From Oscillospiraceae bacterium (GTDB lineage Bacteria; Bacillota; Clostridia; Oscillospirales; CAG-272): a DNA stretch of 64,000 bases. Shown here piece after piece: positions 8,699-17,863 of the stretch (within the stretch, counting starts at the first letter, position 1; every line of letters starts with the position of its first letter). The notes beneath the pieces were generated by a model that was given only the letters and a program-made list of their open reading frames with translations, was not told the origin of the DNA and searched no databases. The translations under genes and the position numbers were made by a program. The stretch covers positions 16,034-80,033 of the forward strand of contig SVTY01000002.1 in the NCBI GenBank assembly GCA_015063535.1, in the 5' to 3' direction.

Positions 8699-10945
8699 AT
8701 GAAGCCACACAAACTCCTAAAAAAGACAGCGGCACTTTTGCTGACCCTGTCTCTTCTGCCCACCCTGCCCCTGCTTCAAGCAGCGGCGGCAGAGCCGCAA
8801 ACGACCGAATACAGCATGACCGTTTCCACGGGTGAGCCACGCCTGCTGCACAGTACGCAGAATAGCTCTGTACAACTCATCGACGGTACGGCGGTGCAGT
8901 GGATCGACCGTGTCGTCCTCTCCGATGACATGCGGAAGCTGTATGATATCTTGGTCGAGGGTGCCGATGCCGACGGCTATCAGGACATCCTGATCGACGA
9001 CAGCTACCTTGACGAGGACTACATGATCGAGATCAAAAGCAAATCCTTCGCCCTTACCTCCTTCGACCGAACAGCGGAGATCGAAACGGCGGCATATGCG
9101 TTTTTGGATGCCGAGCATGCCCCCATCTACGCCGTCCTTTCCGCCTTTGACCGAGATCATCCCGAGGTATTTTGGCTGAACGGCAACTATACGATCAGCT
9201 GTTCTCCAAGCGTATCGGGCAGCGTCTGCACCCTGACGCTTCTTTTGAAATTACAGAATGACGGCGAAACCGTCCGAACCTCCGCCTATTCCTCCGATAC
9301 ACAGATCCGAGCCGCCATCGCTCAACGGAATGAAGCGGTGAATGCGATCCTGTCCAATCTCTCCGCCACCAACTCGGTCAGCGAGACCCTGCTGTATTTC
9401 AACAATACGCTTACTAAAACCAATCAATATAACACAAGCTATAATTTGAACAACATCCCTCCCGACTGTCGGGAGTGCATTGCGGCGCTGGACGGACGGA
9501 TCGGACAGAACGGGCCCATCTGCGAAAGCTATGCCCGTGCCTTCAAGGTGCTGTGCGATGCCAAAGACATCCCCTGCGTGCTGGTGGACGGAGAAGCCAT
9601 CAACAGCGCAGGAGACCGCGAAGGACACATGTGGAATTATGTGCAGGTCGGCAGCTTTTGGTATGCGGTGGACGTCACATGGAACGACCCGTCAAGCTAC
9701 TTTTCCTCCGGTGCCCTTTCGGGAGACGAATGCACCGACTGGTTTTTGGTCGGAGGAAATACACAAGTCGGAGACAGGACCTTCCTTGCCTCTCACCCCG
9801 TCATGAATCAGGCGTATGAGAATGCCGCTTGCTTCCCCAACGGGCCCACGCTCAGTGCCGACCGCTATACCGATTCGATCTCGGTCATCCCCGTCCTTTC
9901 GGACGAAGGTCTCGTCTATGACGGAACGGCGCACACGCCCGAGATCCTTGTAAAGAACGGTGCCAACATCATCGACGAATCGTTCTACACCGTTTCCTAT
10001 TCCGATAACATAAAGCCGGGAACGGCAACCGTCACCGTCTCGATTGCAAGCGGTGTCTATGCGGGAAGCTATACAGCAAGCTTTGTCATTCGGAAGCGAC
10101 CGCTGGAGATCCTTCCCGATGCCCCCACCAGGGTCTACGACGGAACGACCAAGGTCGCCCTCACGCCCCAATACGATGCCTCTGCGCTGGTAGCGGGAGA
10201 CGAGTTCGACCTCACCCTGCGAGGCGAGTTCTCCTCCCCCAACGTCGGAACAAATATCCCTCTGTCAGTACATATCGAGGAAATGGGCGAGGATATGCGC
10301 TTCTATGATCTGATCCTGCCCGACCGCCTGTTCGGCACCATCACCAAGGCAACTCTTCCCGACCTGAGCGAACAGGCAGGAACGATCTCCTTCTCTCCCA
10401 AAGGCTTCACCAAGCCCACCTTTTTGGGAGCGGACGGAGCCGCCCTTACGGGCTCCTATTCCTACTATTTCGGCGACTGGGGTCCCTTCACCCATGAGCA
10501 ACTGTCCGCCAAGCTGTCCGCTTGCCTCTCCGAGAAGCCCACAGACGACCCCGTGATCACAGCCATGAAGGAAGCGCTTCTGTCGGACGGCTCCCTGTCC
10601 ATCCGATGCAGCTTTTTTGACAGCCAAGGAAATTACGGCGAGCATTCGACCCTTCTGACCTTTACTCCTGCCGAAAAGCGGGAGGAAGCGACCGACACAT
10701 CGGAGGAGAAAACCCCCGACACGGCAGAGACACCAAACGGTAGCAGCAACAGCAGCAACCGAGGAACGACCTCTCAAGGCGGGGATACCGTTCTGAAGCT
10801 CATTCTCTTCTGCGCCCTTGGCAGTATTGCCCTGATCCCCACAGGACTTGTCACCTTCGTCATCATCTTCTTCGCCGTCCGAGGACATAAAAACAAAAAA
10901 GCAAAAAAAGAAGCCGAACGACAACAAGAGGATCAGTCCCGCTGA
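8699..10945 (+). CDS. secreted, C-terminally membrane-anchored transglutaminase-like cysteine protease domain protein with YDGT (MBG-type) repeats
   Basis: 748 aa. Carries an N-terminal signal peptide, a Cys/His/Asp core ('CESYARAF', 'GHMWNYV', 'AVDVTWND'), 'VYDGTAHTP' and 'VYDGTTKVA' repeats, and a C-terminal TM helix with a K-rich tail. Confidence 0.7.
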   Translation: MKPHKLLKKTAALLLTLSLLPTLPLLQAAAAEPQTTEYSMTVSTGEPRLLHSTQNSSVQLIDGTAVQWIDRVVLSDDMRKLYDILVEGADADGYQDILIDDSYLDEDYMIEIKSKSFALTSFDRTAEIETAAYAFLDAEHAPIYAVLSAFDRDHPEVFWLNGNYTISCSPSVSGSVCTLTLLLKLQNDGETVRTSAYSSDTQIRAAIAQRNEAVNAILSNLSATNSVSETLLYFNNTLTKTNQYNTSYNLNNIPPDCRECIAALDGRIGQNGPICESYARAFKVLCDAKDIPCVLVDGEAINSAGDREGHMWNYVQVGSFWYAVDVTWNDPSSYFSSGALSGDECTDWFLVGGNTQVGDRTFLASHPVMNQAYENAACFPNGPTLSADRYTDSISVIPVLSDEGLVYDGTAHTPEILVKNGANIIDESFYTVSYSDNIKPGTATVTVSIASGVYAGSYTASFVIRKRPLEILPDAPTRVYDGTTKVALTPQYDASALVAGDEFDLTLRGEFSSPNVGTNIPLSVHIEEMGEDMRFYDLILPDRLFGTITKATLPDLSEQAGTISFSPKGFTKPTFLGADGAALTGSYSYYFGDWGPFTHEQLSAKLSACLSEKPTDDPVITAMKEALLSDGSLSIRCSFFDSQGNYGEHSTLLTFTPAEKREEATDTSEEKTPDTAETPNGSSNSSNRGTTSQGGDTVLKLILFCALGSIALIPTGLVTFVIIFFAVRGHKNKKAKKEAERQQEDQSR

Positions 10946-10949
10946 TCCC

Positions 10950-10997
10950 AAAAAAGAGCGAACCGTCTCCCTTGCGGAGCGATTCGCTCTTTTTTTA
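10950..10997. terminator. bidirectional hairpin between convergent genes
   Basis: AAAAAGAGCGAA...TTCGCTCTTTTTTT: an A-tract, an 8-bp outer stem plus inner CTCC/GGAG, then a T-tract. Confidence 0.65.
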
Positions 10998-11001
10998 AGG
11001 C

Positions 11002-11571
11002 TTACCGTCTCTTCTTTTTCTTCACCGAAAAGCCAAAGGTACCGATCCGCCGACCCAGCTCAAAATACTCTCCGTGAGCAAAAGCGGCAAGACCGGCTCG
11101 CTCCAGATGGAGCTTTCCCTCTCCGTCCAGCAAACTCTCCTCCACATCCACTGCCACGATATCCGCCAAAAACATATCATGACTGCCCAAGGGAAGGATG
11201 TCAGTCACCCGACATTCAAGGGTCAGCGGACTTTCGGCAAGAATGGGACAGGACAGCTTGGCGGCGGGAACGGCATGCAGCCCACACTTCTCAAACTTGT
11301 TCACCTTTTTCCCCGTATAGATCCCGCAGGTATCGGCGGCACGAATGAGAGAGGCAGGGGTCAGATTCACCGCAAATTCTCCCGATTCCCGAATCAGCCC
11401 ATAGGAATGACGGGAGGGCCGCACCGAAATGTAGGTCTTTGGCGGAATTGTATTCACGATCCCCGTCCACGCCACGGTAATGATGTTCGCATTTTCTCCC
11501 TCCCCGCAGGTAACCATACAGGGGGGAACGGGAGCGGTCAGTGCCCCGCCCTTCCATACTTTTTTACTCAT
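11002..11571 (-). CDS. flavin reductase family protein (FMN-binding split barrel)
   Basis: 189 aa. 'NIITVAWTG' and 'FAVNL' are typical of flavoredoxin/flavin reductase-like domains. Confidence 0.75.
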   Translation of the reverse strand: MSKKVWKGGALTAPVPPCMVTCGEGENANIITVAWTGIVNTIPPKTYISVRPSRHSYGLIRESGEFAVNLTPASLIRAADTCGIYTGKKVNKFEKCGLHAVPAAKLSCPILAESPLTLECRVTDILPLGSHDMFLADIVAVDVEESLLDGEGKLHLERAGLAAFAHGEYFELGRRIGTFGFSVKKKKRR

Positions 11572-12313
11572 GCTCGCTCTCTGCCTCCCCGCTCTCGGCT
11601 TCGTTTTTTCGCTTCAACAGACATTTGACCGCCTCAGCGGCGGCGATCAGTCCCGCCACGGACGGAACAAAGGCAAGACTGCCGGGCGTCACCTTTCCTC
11701 CCGCATGCTCTCCTGCCGCCATCGGAACCATGGCAGGCTCCTCGGAATAGATCACAGGCAGATGCAGGATCCCTCTCTTTTTCAGCTCCCGCCGCATGAC
11801 CCTTGCCAACGGACAGACCGAGGTCTTGGACAGATCGGTCACCCGCAAAGCGGTTGGATCGCTCTTGTTCCCCGTTCCCATACAGCAGATCATCGGCACA
11901 CCCGCCCGCACTGCCGCTTCGGCAATGGCAAGCTTGCCAGAAACCGTGTCAATGGCATCGATCACAAAATCATAGGCAGAAAAATCAAACTTCTGCGCCG
12001 TTTCGGGCAGGATCACCTCTCTGCGGCAGATCACTCGGATCTCGGGGTTGATGTCCCGCATCCGCTCCGCCGCCACCTCTACCTTGGCACGTCCGACGGT
12101 GCTTTCGAGGGCGATGAGCTGGCGGTTGATGTTGGTGCGGCAGACCGTATCCCCGTCCACCAGCTCCACCATTCCCACGCCGCTTCTCGCCAGTGCCTCA
12201 GCGGCATAGCTTCCCACGCCGCCCACGCCGAACAGTGCCACACGGCAGGTAGCAAGATAGTCCACCGCCTCCTGACCCAACAGCATCGCTTCCCGTTCAA
12301 ATCGTTCATTCAT
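11564..12313 (-). CDS. tcdA: tRNA threonylcarbamoyladenosine dehydratase (ThiF/E1-like)
   Basis: 249 aa with 'LFGVGGVGS' Rossmann loop and 'DTVCRTNINRQ'. 8-bp overlaps with both neighbouring genes. Confidence 0.8.
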   Translation of the reverse strand: MNERFEREAMLLGQEAVDYLATCRVALFGVGGVGSYAAEALARSGVGMVELVDGDTVCRTNINRQLIALESTVGRAKVEVAAERMRDINPEIRVICRREVILPETAQKFDFSAYDFVIDAIDTVSGKLAIAEAAVRAGVPMICCMGTGNKSDPTALRVTDLSKTSVCPLARVMRRELKKRGILHLPVIYSEEPAMVPMAAGEHAGGKVTPGSLAFVPSVAGLIAAAEAVKCLLKRKNEAESGEAESEHE

Positions 12314-15300
12314 GGTCGTTTGTTTCTTTCGTTTTTTTCTTTATTTTTCGGTTCTTCTTTTTTCGGTGCAGGATCACCAACGCCACAGGTGGCATGGCAA
12401 CGGCAACCGCCACCACCAGCACTGCCAACGCCACAGGCGGACCCAAGCGGCGCACGATCCCTCCGATGGCGCCCCCTTCTCCGTTGTCGCTCACCTCTTC
12501 GATCTTCACACTGTAAAACTTCGCCGTGTAGGTAGCATCGGAGGTCACGGGAACGATCGGAGAGGACCAGCCGATAAAGGTGTAAAAATATCCGTTTTCC
12601 TCAAAGGAGGTATCGATCTTCGGCACGGTCACCTCATCCCCCAGCCGATACTGAGCACTCTCGGTCTTGCCGTGCCAAACGAAGGTCACGGTGTACAGCT
12701 TGGGAGCAAACGCCACGGTAATAGTCGCATGGCAGGAGGGCATCACGGGCTTGGTCGGATCTTCCTGTACAATGACCTCTCCCGTATCGGTTCGGGTCAT
12801 CACCACGTTACTCACCACCTGCTCTGCATGGGGATCCAAAAACAGAGCAACAGCCTCCCGCTCATTCCACAGAGTGCGTTCCGCATAGGCAGAACCGTTC
12901 TCGCCCGATACCACCGTCAGAAGAAATCGTCGCATCAGCTTGTAATACACACCCGACTCCGCCAGCAAAGCAGTCCGTCCTCCCTCCGACTCAGAGGCGA
13001 CCTGATCGTTGTAAAAGCCCTCGGCATAATACCCTCTGGCGTAAATATTTTCGTCCGAGTCAAAGCCGTGAGGAAGCTCTAAACGCAAATATCCCATTGG
13101 AAAGACGGTCTTTCCCTCCCTGTCGGTAAAGGCAACGCCGATCCCCTTGCCGTCCTCTCCCTCCTCCCGAAGCAGGGACAGAGCGGCGCCGTTCTGCCGT
13201 ACAAGATCGGCAATGGCTTCGGCATCCATCGACAGAGAAACCTCCGTATCCGTAAAAGAAACCGTCAGCCGCCGATCCTCCGTAGCGCAACGCTCCCACA
13301 AGCCCGACAGCAAAACAAGAGAGCCCGACGTCTCCAACGAATATCCCCCCGGCGTTTCGGTCACAAGGAGCGAACCCTCAGCTTGGTCGGGCAACGCCGC
13401 CAGAACCGTCTGACGGTACTGCGCCGTATACACGGCATCGCTCTCTACCGAAACAAACTCCCTGTCCCAGCCGGAAAATTCATAGAAGCTCCCCTCCTTG
13501 ATAAAGGATACGGGAAGCACGGGACATATCGGCTCCTCCCCATATCCGTAGGTTCGGGAAAGAGACCGATCTCCCAAGCGAAAGGTCACCGTATACTGCC
13601 GCTCCTCCGACAAAAAGCACGCCTCATAGGAGCAATCCGCCCGCACAGGACGAAGCGAGGGCGACCAAGTAGAAAATACATAGTCATGCTGTGCATCGCT
13701 CTCCTTGGTGGGAGAGGCATCGGGATAGGTCGGCATCTCGCCCAAAGCAAAGGTCTCCTCACAGATTCGATCTCCCGATCGGAAGGTCACCGTAAAGCGT
13801 TTCGGCTTTGCGGTATACAACGCATAAATGCAGGATTCCTCTCTCCCTTCGGGGGAGATTTTCTCGGTCAGCGACACCGACCAGCCCGCAAAGGTGTACT
13901 CATAAAACGCATCCTGAAGCCCTTCCATGGCATCGGGCAGACTGTCGGCAGACAGCCCCATCCGTTCTCCATCGGCACCGTATACCCCAACTCCCTCGGA
14001 GGATACCGCCTTCTGCGCCACCTCGGGCAGAGCGATCCGCCATTCTCGGGCGGGAATCTCCCGCTCGGTCAGCCGTCCGTCTGCCAGTGCCGTCTGAATC
14101 CCTTGGGTCCGAAGAAGCAGAGCGTGGTCGATATCCTCAGGAACCGTCGGCTCCGCCACCTCCGCAGGGCGTTGCGGCTCGGACTGAGGCGCAGGCTTTT
14201 GCGGCTCGGACAGCGTCGGCGGCTTGATCGGCATAACGATCGGTTTCGGCTCTGCGGGAGGCACAGGCGGCTCCACCCGCTCCACCTCCGCCATCCAATG
14301 AAGCTTGGCGGGATCGGCGGCATCGGTATCGGTGATGATCACCTTCTGATCCAACAGATCACTGAAATAATAGATGTGCGGATCACCGTCATCGGCAAAA
14401 AACGACCAAGTCTTTTCTGCGGTTTTCGTGTCGTCTAGACACAGACAGATCAGATAGATGTGACAAAGCACATTCTTGATCCGCCATTTCTTGTATGAGG
14501 CTTCCTTCCCGTACTCCAGCTCGATCTTCCCGCACATCAGATTGTAGATCGTGGGGGTCATGATAGCGGTCATCTTCTCGTACAGATAGGTAAACAATCG
14601 GGAAATGCGCTCATAGTTTTTCTGATAAAAGGCAAACGCCGCCTCCTCAGATTCCTCCCGTGCGGTCGCATACTCCCGCAACAGTCCGTTCAGCTCGTCG
14701 GAATAGGCTCGGATGGCGTCAATGTCCGAGGAGGGAACGCCAAAGCTGTCACTCAGGATATTCCGATACCGCTCAAACATCAGCACCAGCTCCTCATTCT
14801 GAAGTGCCTCATATAAGCACCGCACGCCCTCAGGCTTGGTAAACAAACTTTCCATGGCATGAGTCGATGAGCGGATCCTTCCGAGATTCTCCAGATACGC
14901 CAGATACTCCGCCGCCACCGTCTCATATTCGGCATATGCCGTCCGATACGCCTCCATCTCGGCAAGATAGGTCTGTCTTGCCGTCAGATACGCCCGATAC
15001 GCCTGCTCCTTTTTTTCATACTCCAACAGGTCGGCTCGGTTTTTTTCATATTCGATCTTCGCCTGCTCATACAGACGCACCGCCGCCAGATATCCCTCAT
15101 AGTCTGCCCGCTTTGCCTCATATTCCTCCAAGGCTCGCAGATATTGCCGATATTCGGCAAGTGCCGCCGTGTAGGCGGTAAAGGACTGCCCCGACGTGCG
15201 GGCGGCTTCCGCCTCCCGAAAGGCAAAATTCAGTAAGGTCTGCGCCGTTTCCTCCGCCACCGTCAAGAAGCCGCCGTAATAGACCGTCACCTCCGCCTCA

Positions 15301-15764
15301 GCATCGGCAAAGGAAAAAACATAGCCGCTCTCCGTTGCCACGGGAGACAAGGTCTGCCCACCGCAAACGGCTCGGATCGGCAGATAGACCACCTCGCCCC
15401 CGTTCGCTCCGATATAGGAATAGGCTTGCGCCGTGACCGTCTGACCCTCCGCTTCCCTCTGCGCCGAAACCAGATCGGCAGGGAGCCGCTCCGAATAATA
15501 CAGCGAAGACGGATAGTAGTCGTTCAGATACGCCCGCTCCTCCTCGGAAAGAGCGCCCTCCTCCCCCGTCGCCTCCAATAAAAGAGATACCAGATCGGCA
15601 GGAGAAATAACCGCGCGTAAGGAATACGGCGCACTGAAGTCCAACGGATCCGCCGCTTCATGTTCCAAGCCCGCACGAATCATCGGCTCAGCCGCCGTCG
15701 CAACGGGCGAACCGACCAAAACCATCGCCAAAAGCACCGCAACTGCGGCAAACAGCTTCTTCAT
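12306..15764 (-). CDS. large secreted, membrane-anchored surface protein with Tyr-rich coiled coil and Listeria-Bacteroides (Flg_new) repeats
   Basis: 1152 aa. Has a signal peptide 'AMVLVGSPVATAAEP' and a ~130-aa 'EYxxYL/AYxxY' heptad-like segment. At least three 'YTVTF...Y.F.GWS...Y.A.F' repeats, a Pro-rich linker and a C-terminal TM plus K-rich tail. Confidence 0.75.
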   Translation of the reverse strand: MKKLFAAVAVLLAMVLVGSPVATAAEPMIRAGLEHEAADPLDFSAPYSLRAVISPADLVSLLLEATGEEGALSEEERAYLNDYYPSSLYYSERLPADLVSAQREAEGQTVTAQAYSYIGANGGEVVYLPIRAVCGGQTLSPVATESGYVFSFADAEAEVTVYYGGFLTVAEETAQTLLNFAFREAEAARTSGQSFTAYTAALAEYRQYLRALEEYEAKRADYEGYLAAVRLYEQAKIEYEKNRADLLEYEKKEQAYRAYLTARQTYLAEMEAYRTAYAEYETVAAEYLAYLENLGRIRSSTHAMESLFTKPEGVRCLYEALQNEELVLMFERYRNILSDSFGVPSSDIDAIRAYSDELNGLLREYATAREESEEAAFAFYQKNYERISRLFTYLYEKMTAIMTPTIYNLMCGKIELEYGKEASYKKWRIKNVLCHIYLICLCLDDTKTAEKTWSFFADDGDPHIYYFSDLLDQKVIITDTDAADPAKLHWMAEVERVEPPVPPAEPKPIVMPIKPPTLSEPQKPAPQSEPQRPAEVAEPTVPEDIDHALLLRTQGIQTALADGRLTEREIPAREWRIALPEVAQKAVSSEGVGVYGADGERMGLSADSLPDAMEGLQDAFYEYTFAGWSVSLTEKISPEGREESCIYALYTAKPKRFTVTFRSGDRICEETFALGEMPTYPDASPTKESDAQHDYVFSTWSPSLRPVRADCSYEACFLSEERQYTVTFRLGDRSLSRTYGYGEEPICPVLPVSFIKEGSFYEFSGWDREFVSVESDAVYTAQYRQTVLAALPDQAEGSLLVTETPGGYSLETSGSLVLLSGLWERCATEDRRLTVSFTDTEVSLSMDAEAIADLVRQNGAALSLLREEGEDGKGIGVAFTDREGKTVFPMGYLRLELPHGFDSDENIYARGYYAEGFYNDQVASESEGGRTALLAESGVYYKLMRRFLLTVVSGENGSAYAERTLWNEREAVALFLDPHAEQVVSNVVMTRTDTGEVIVQEDPTKPVMPSCHATITVAFAPKLYTVTFVWHGKTESAQYRLGDEVTVPKIDTSFEENGYFYTFIGWSSPIVPVTSDATYTAKFYSVKIEEVSDNGEGGAIGGIVRRLGPPVALAVLVVAVAVAMPPVALVILHRKKKNRKIKKKTKETNDHE

Positions 15765-15802
15765 CGTATCCCTCCTTGGTTAGATTTGAATGGAAAAGGG
15801 CT

Positions 15803-15850
15803 GTTCTTTTTTCTTTTAAAAAAGAACCAAAAAAGAAAATGAAACAAATT
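15803..15850 (+). repeat. A/T palindrome + AAAAGAAAA block (modules A+B), short variant
   Basis: GTTCTTTTTTCTTTTAAAAAAGAAC followed by CAAAAAAGAAAATGAAACAAA. Confidence 0.7.
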
Positions 15851-15994
15851 TTTGCTTACTTTATTTTTTATACAAACCTTAAAGATAATCTTTTCAGAGT
15901 TTTCTTTTGCTTACTTTATCTTTTTTGCAAACTTTAAAGATAAATTTTGCAAAGTTTTCTTTTGCTTACTTTTCTTTTTCAAAAGAAAAGTAAG
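15848..15994 (-). repeat. ~55-bp tandem units ending in modules B and A
   Basis: TTTTCTTTTGCTTACTTT restarts at about 15848, 15900 and 15955. The reverse complement of about 15890-15994 is nearly identical to 49614-49715. Confidence 0.75.
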
Positions 15995-15995
15995 A

Positions 15996-16022
15996 CGCAT
16001 CCTTCGCATCCTTCGCATCCTC
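15996..16022 (-). repeat. 9-bp tandem CGCATCCTT x3 (module D)
   Basis: On the minus strand this reads GAGGATGCG AAGGATGCG AAGGATGCG immediately after, and overlapping, the AraC stop codon. Confidence 0.8.
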
Positions 16023-16842
16023 ACACATCCTTGGATTTTGTGCGGTAGGCACTAGGAAGCTCGCCCACGAGTCGGAGGAAGGTACGGGAGAAATAGGATT
16101 GATTGGCAAAGCCGCAGGCACGTGCGACCTCGCCCACGGTCATCTGATCCTCCGCCAGCAATGTTTTTGCTTTTTCACAGCGGATCTGATTCACATATGC
16201 CACGAAGGTATAGCCGGTAATACGCCGAAATTCTCTGGCAAAATAAAATTTACTCAGCCCCACGTGCATTGCCACCTCATCTAAAGAAAGATCCCGATGA
16301 CTTTCGGCACGGATATATCCGATAGCGTACTTGATCGAAGCCAGCAAGCGGGAATCGGAAAGAGGAGTCTGTCCGACATGCCCGTAACGGCGGCAAAGCA
16401 GGACCATCAGATGCAATACAAGAGCCCGAATCGCCTGTACTCGGTACAGCGATTCTTCCTCAGAAAAATATTCATCTGCGATCTGTTCGATCAAGGCATA
16501 CAGCTCCTCATCCCGAACCCATGAATCAAAGCGAATCGCATTGGTATCAAAATGGTTGGCAATACAAAAGGATCGATCAATGATCAAACAGTAAAAGCTG
16601 ATCCCCTCTTCCGAAAGCATGGTATGCAGACATCCCGTATTGATCACGGCGATCTCTCCCACCGTTACGGAAATGGGCAGCTCGCCGCCCATTACCACCC
16701 CGCTTCCCCGAATGGGAACGAAGAGCTCAATATTTTCATGCCAGTTTTCCAGCCCCAAGCGATGGTGAGGGCGATAGGTAAAGCGATGCAGGATCAGCGG
16801 TAAGCGAGGATCCTTCATACGGTGGGTCTCATATTTACTCAT
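16021..16842 (-). CDS. AraC family transcriptional regulator (cupin sensor + HTH)
   Basis: ATG at 16842 preceded by GGGAGG; the track's longer start is TTG. C-terminal AraC HTH ('YFAREFRRITG', 'GFANQSYFSRTF'). Divergent from the sugar isomerase genes. Confidence 0.85.
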   Translation of the reverse strand: MSKYETHRMKDPRLPLILHRFTYRPHHRLGLENWHENIELFVPIRGSGVVMGGELPISVTVGEIAVINTGCLHTMLSEEGISFYCLIIDRSFCIANHFDTNAIRFDSWVRDEELYALIEQIADEYFSEEESLYRVQAIRALVLHLMVLLCRRYGHVGQTPLSDSRLLASIKYAIGYIRAESHRDLSLDEVAMHVGLSKFYFAREFRRITGYTFVAYVNQIRCEKAKTLLAEDQMTVGEVARACGFANQSYFSRTFLRLVGELPSAYRTKSKDV

Positions 16843-16992
16843 GGTTCCTCCCAAAAAAGCAAGATTGTGTTAAATCGGAGCAAAAATTTAGTCTTGACTT
16901 TTTCCTTATTTTATTATACAATAAAATAGAACAAAAAGCAATGGTGTGCTTTTAAAAATTTTAAAAATTTTATCAAGAGAGGAACAAATACC

Positions 16993-17847
16993 ATGTATAA
17001 TTTTCCCATCGGCGTCATTATCGACTCCTTCCGTACCGATACCCGTACAGCGATCCAAAAGGCAGCGGCGCTGGGTGCCGACGGCATCCAGATGTACTCC
17101 ACCAGAGGAGACAACTGCCCCGAAATCCTGACCCCCGAAAAGAGACGGGAGCTTTTGGATTTTGTCAAATCCCACGGCTTGCGTTTTTCCGCTCTGTGCG
17201 GTGACTTGGGCAAGGGCTTCGGAAATCCCGAGCTGAACCCCGAGCTGATCGAAAAATCCAAGAGAATTCTTGACCTTGCCAAGGACCTGGAGACCGACGT
17301 TGTTACGACCCACATCGGTGTCGTTCCCGAGGATCCCACCCATCCCCGCTACGGCATCATGCAGGAGGCTTGCTTTGAGCTGTCCCGCTATGCCGACAGC
17401 GTAGGCGCCCATTTTGCCATCGAGACGGGTCCCGAGACCTCTGCCAACCTCAAGCGATTCTTGGACGGTCTGCACTCCACAGGCGTGGCAGTCAATCTGG
17501 ACCCCGCCAATCTGGTCATGGTCACAGGCGACGATCCCGTACAGGCAGTGCATAACCTGAAGGATTACATCGTACACACCCACGCCAAGGACGGCGTGAT
17601 GCTCCATCGCACCAACCCCGAGTACATCTATCATGTAACACCGAAGCCGGAGGAAATCGAAGGCATTACCTTCTTCCGAGAGGAGCCCCTTGGAAAGGGC
17701 TCGGTCGACTTCCCCGCCTACCTGAAGGCACTGGAGGAGATCGGCTACAAGGGCTTCCTGACCATCGAGCGGGAGGCAGGTCCCGACCCCGCAGGAGACA
17801 TCACCCTGGCAAAGAACTTCCTGACCGACATTATAAAAAACAACTAA
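16993..17847 (+). CDS. sugar phosphate isomerase/epimerase (xylose isomerase-like TIM barrel)
   Basis: 284 aa with 'THIGVVPE', 'FAIETGPE' and 'HTHAKD' motifs. Confidence 0.75.
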   Translation: MYNFPIGVIIDSFRTDTRTAIQKAAALGADGIQMYSTRGDNCPEILTPEKRRELLDFVKSHGLRFSALCGDLGKGFGNPELNPELIEKSKRILDLAKDLETDVVTTHIGVVPEDPTHPRYGIMQEACFELSRYADSVGAHFAIETGPETSANLKRFLDGLHSTGVAVNLDPANLVMVTGDDPVQAVHNLKDYIVHTHAKDGVMLHRTNPEYIYHVTPKPEEIEGITFFREEPLGKGSVDFPAYLKALEEIGYKGFLTIEREAGPDPAGDITLAKNFLTDIIKNN

Positions 17848-17863
17848 AACAGGAGAGCATTCC

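Noticed and set aside
11480-12535. 351-aa plus-strand ORF, and the 322-aa ORF at 18755..19723.
   Set aside because: They are antisense to tcdA/flavin reductase and to the RluA-family gene respectively. They have low-complexity Arg/His/Pro-rich sequence and no motifs.
15848-15994. The ~55-bp tandem repeats were considered as a possible small CRISPR array.
   Set aside because: The units abut without unique spacers, are A/T-rich and degenerate, recur as part of the dispersed repeat family (49.6 kb), and no cas genes are present.
15852-16055. Short ORFs inside repeat-filled spacers: 15852..16055, 30251..30511, 30379..30573, 31459..31788, 31674..31988, 31785..32012, 35506..35748, 46765..47043, 46797..47123 and 49626..49823.
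   Set aside because: Their F/K/L/N-rich translations simply mirror the A/T palindromes and repeat modules. They lack RBSs, and several overlap each other in different frames.
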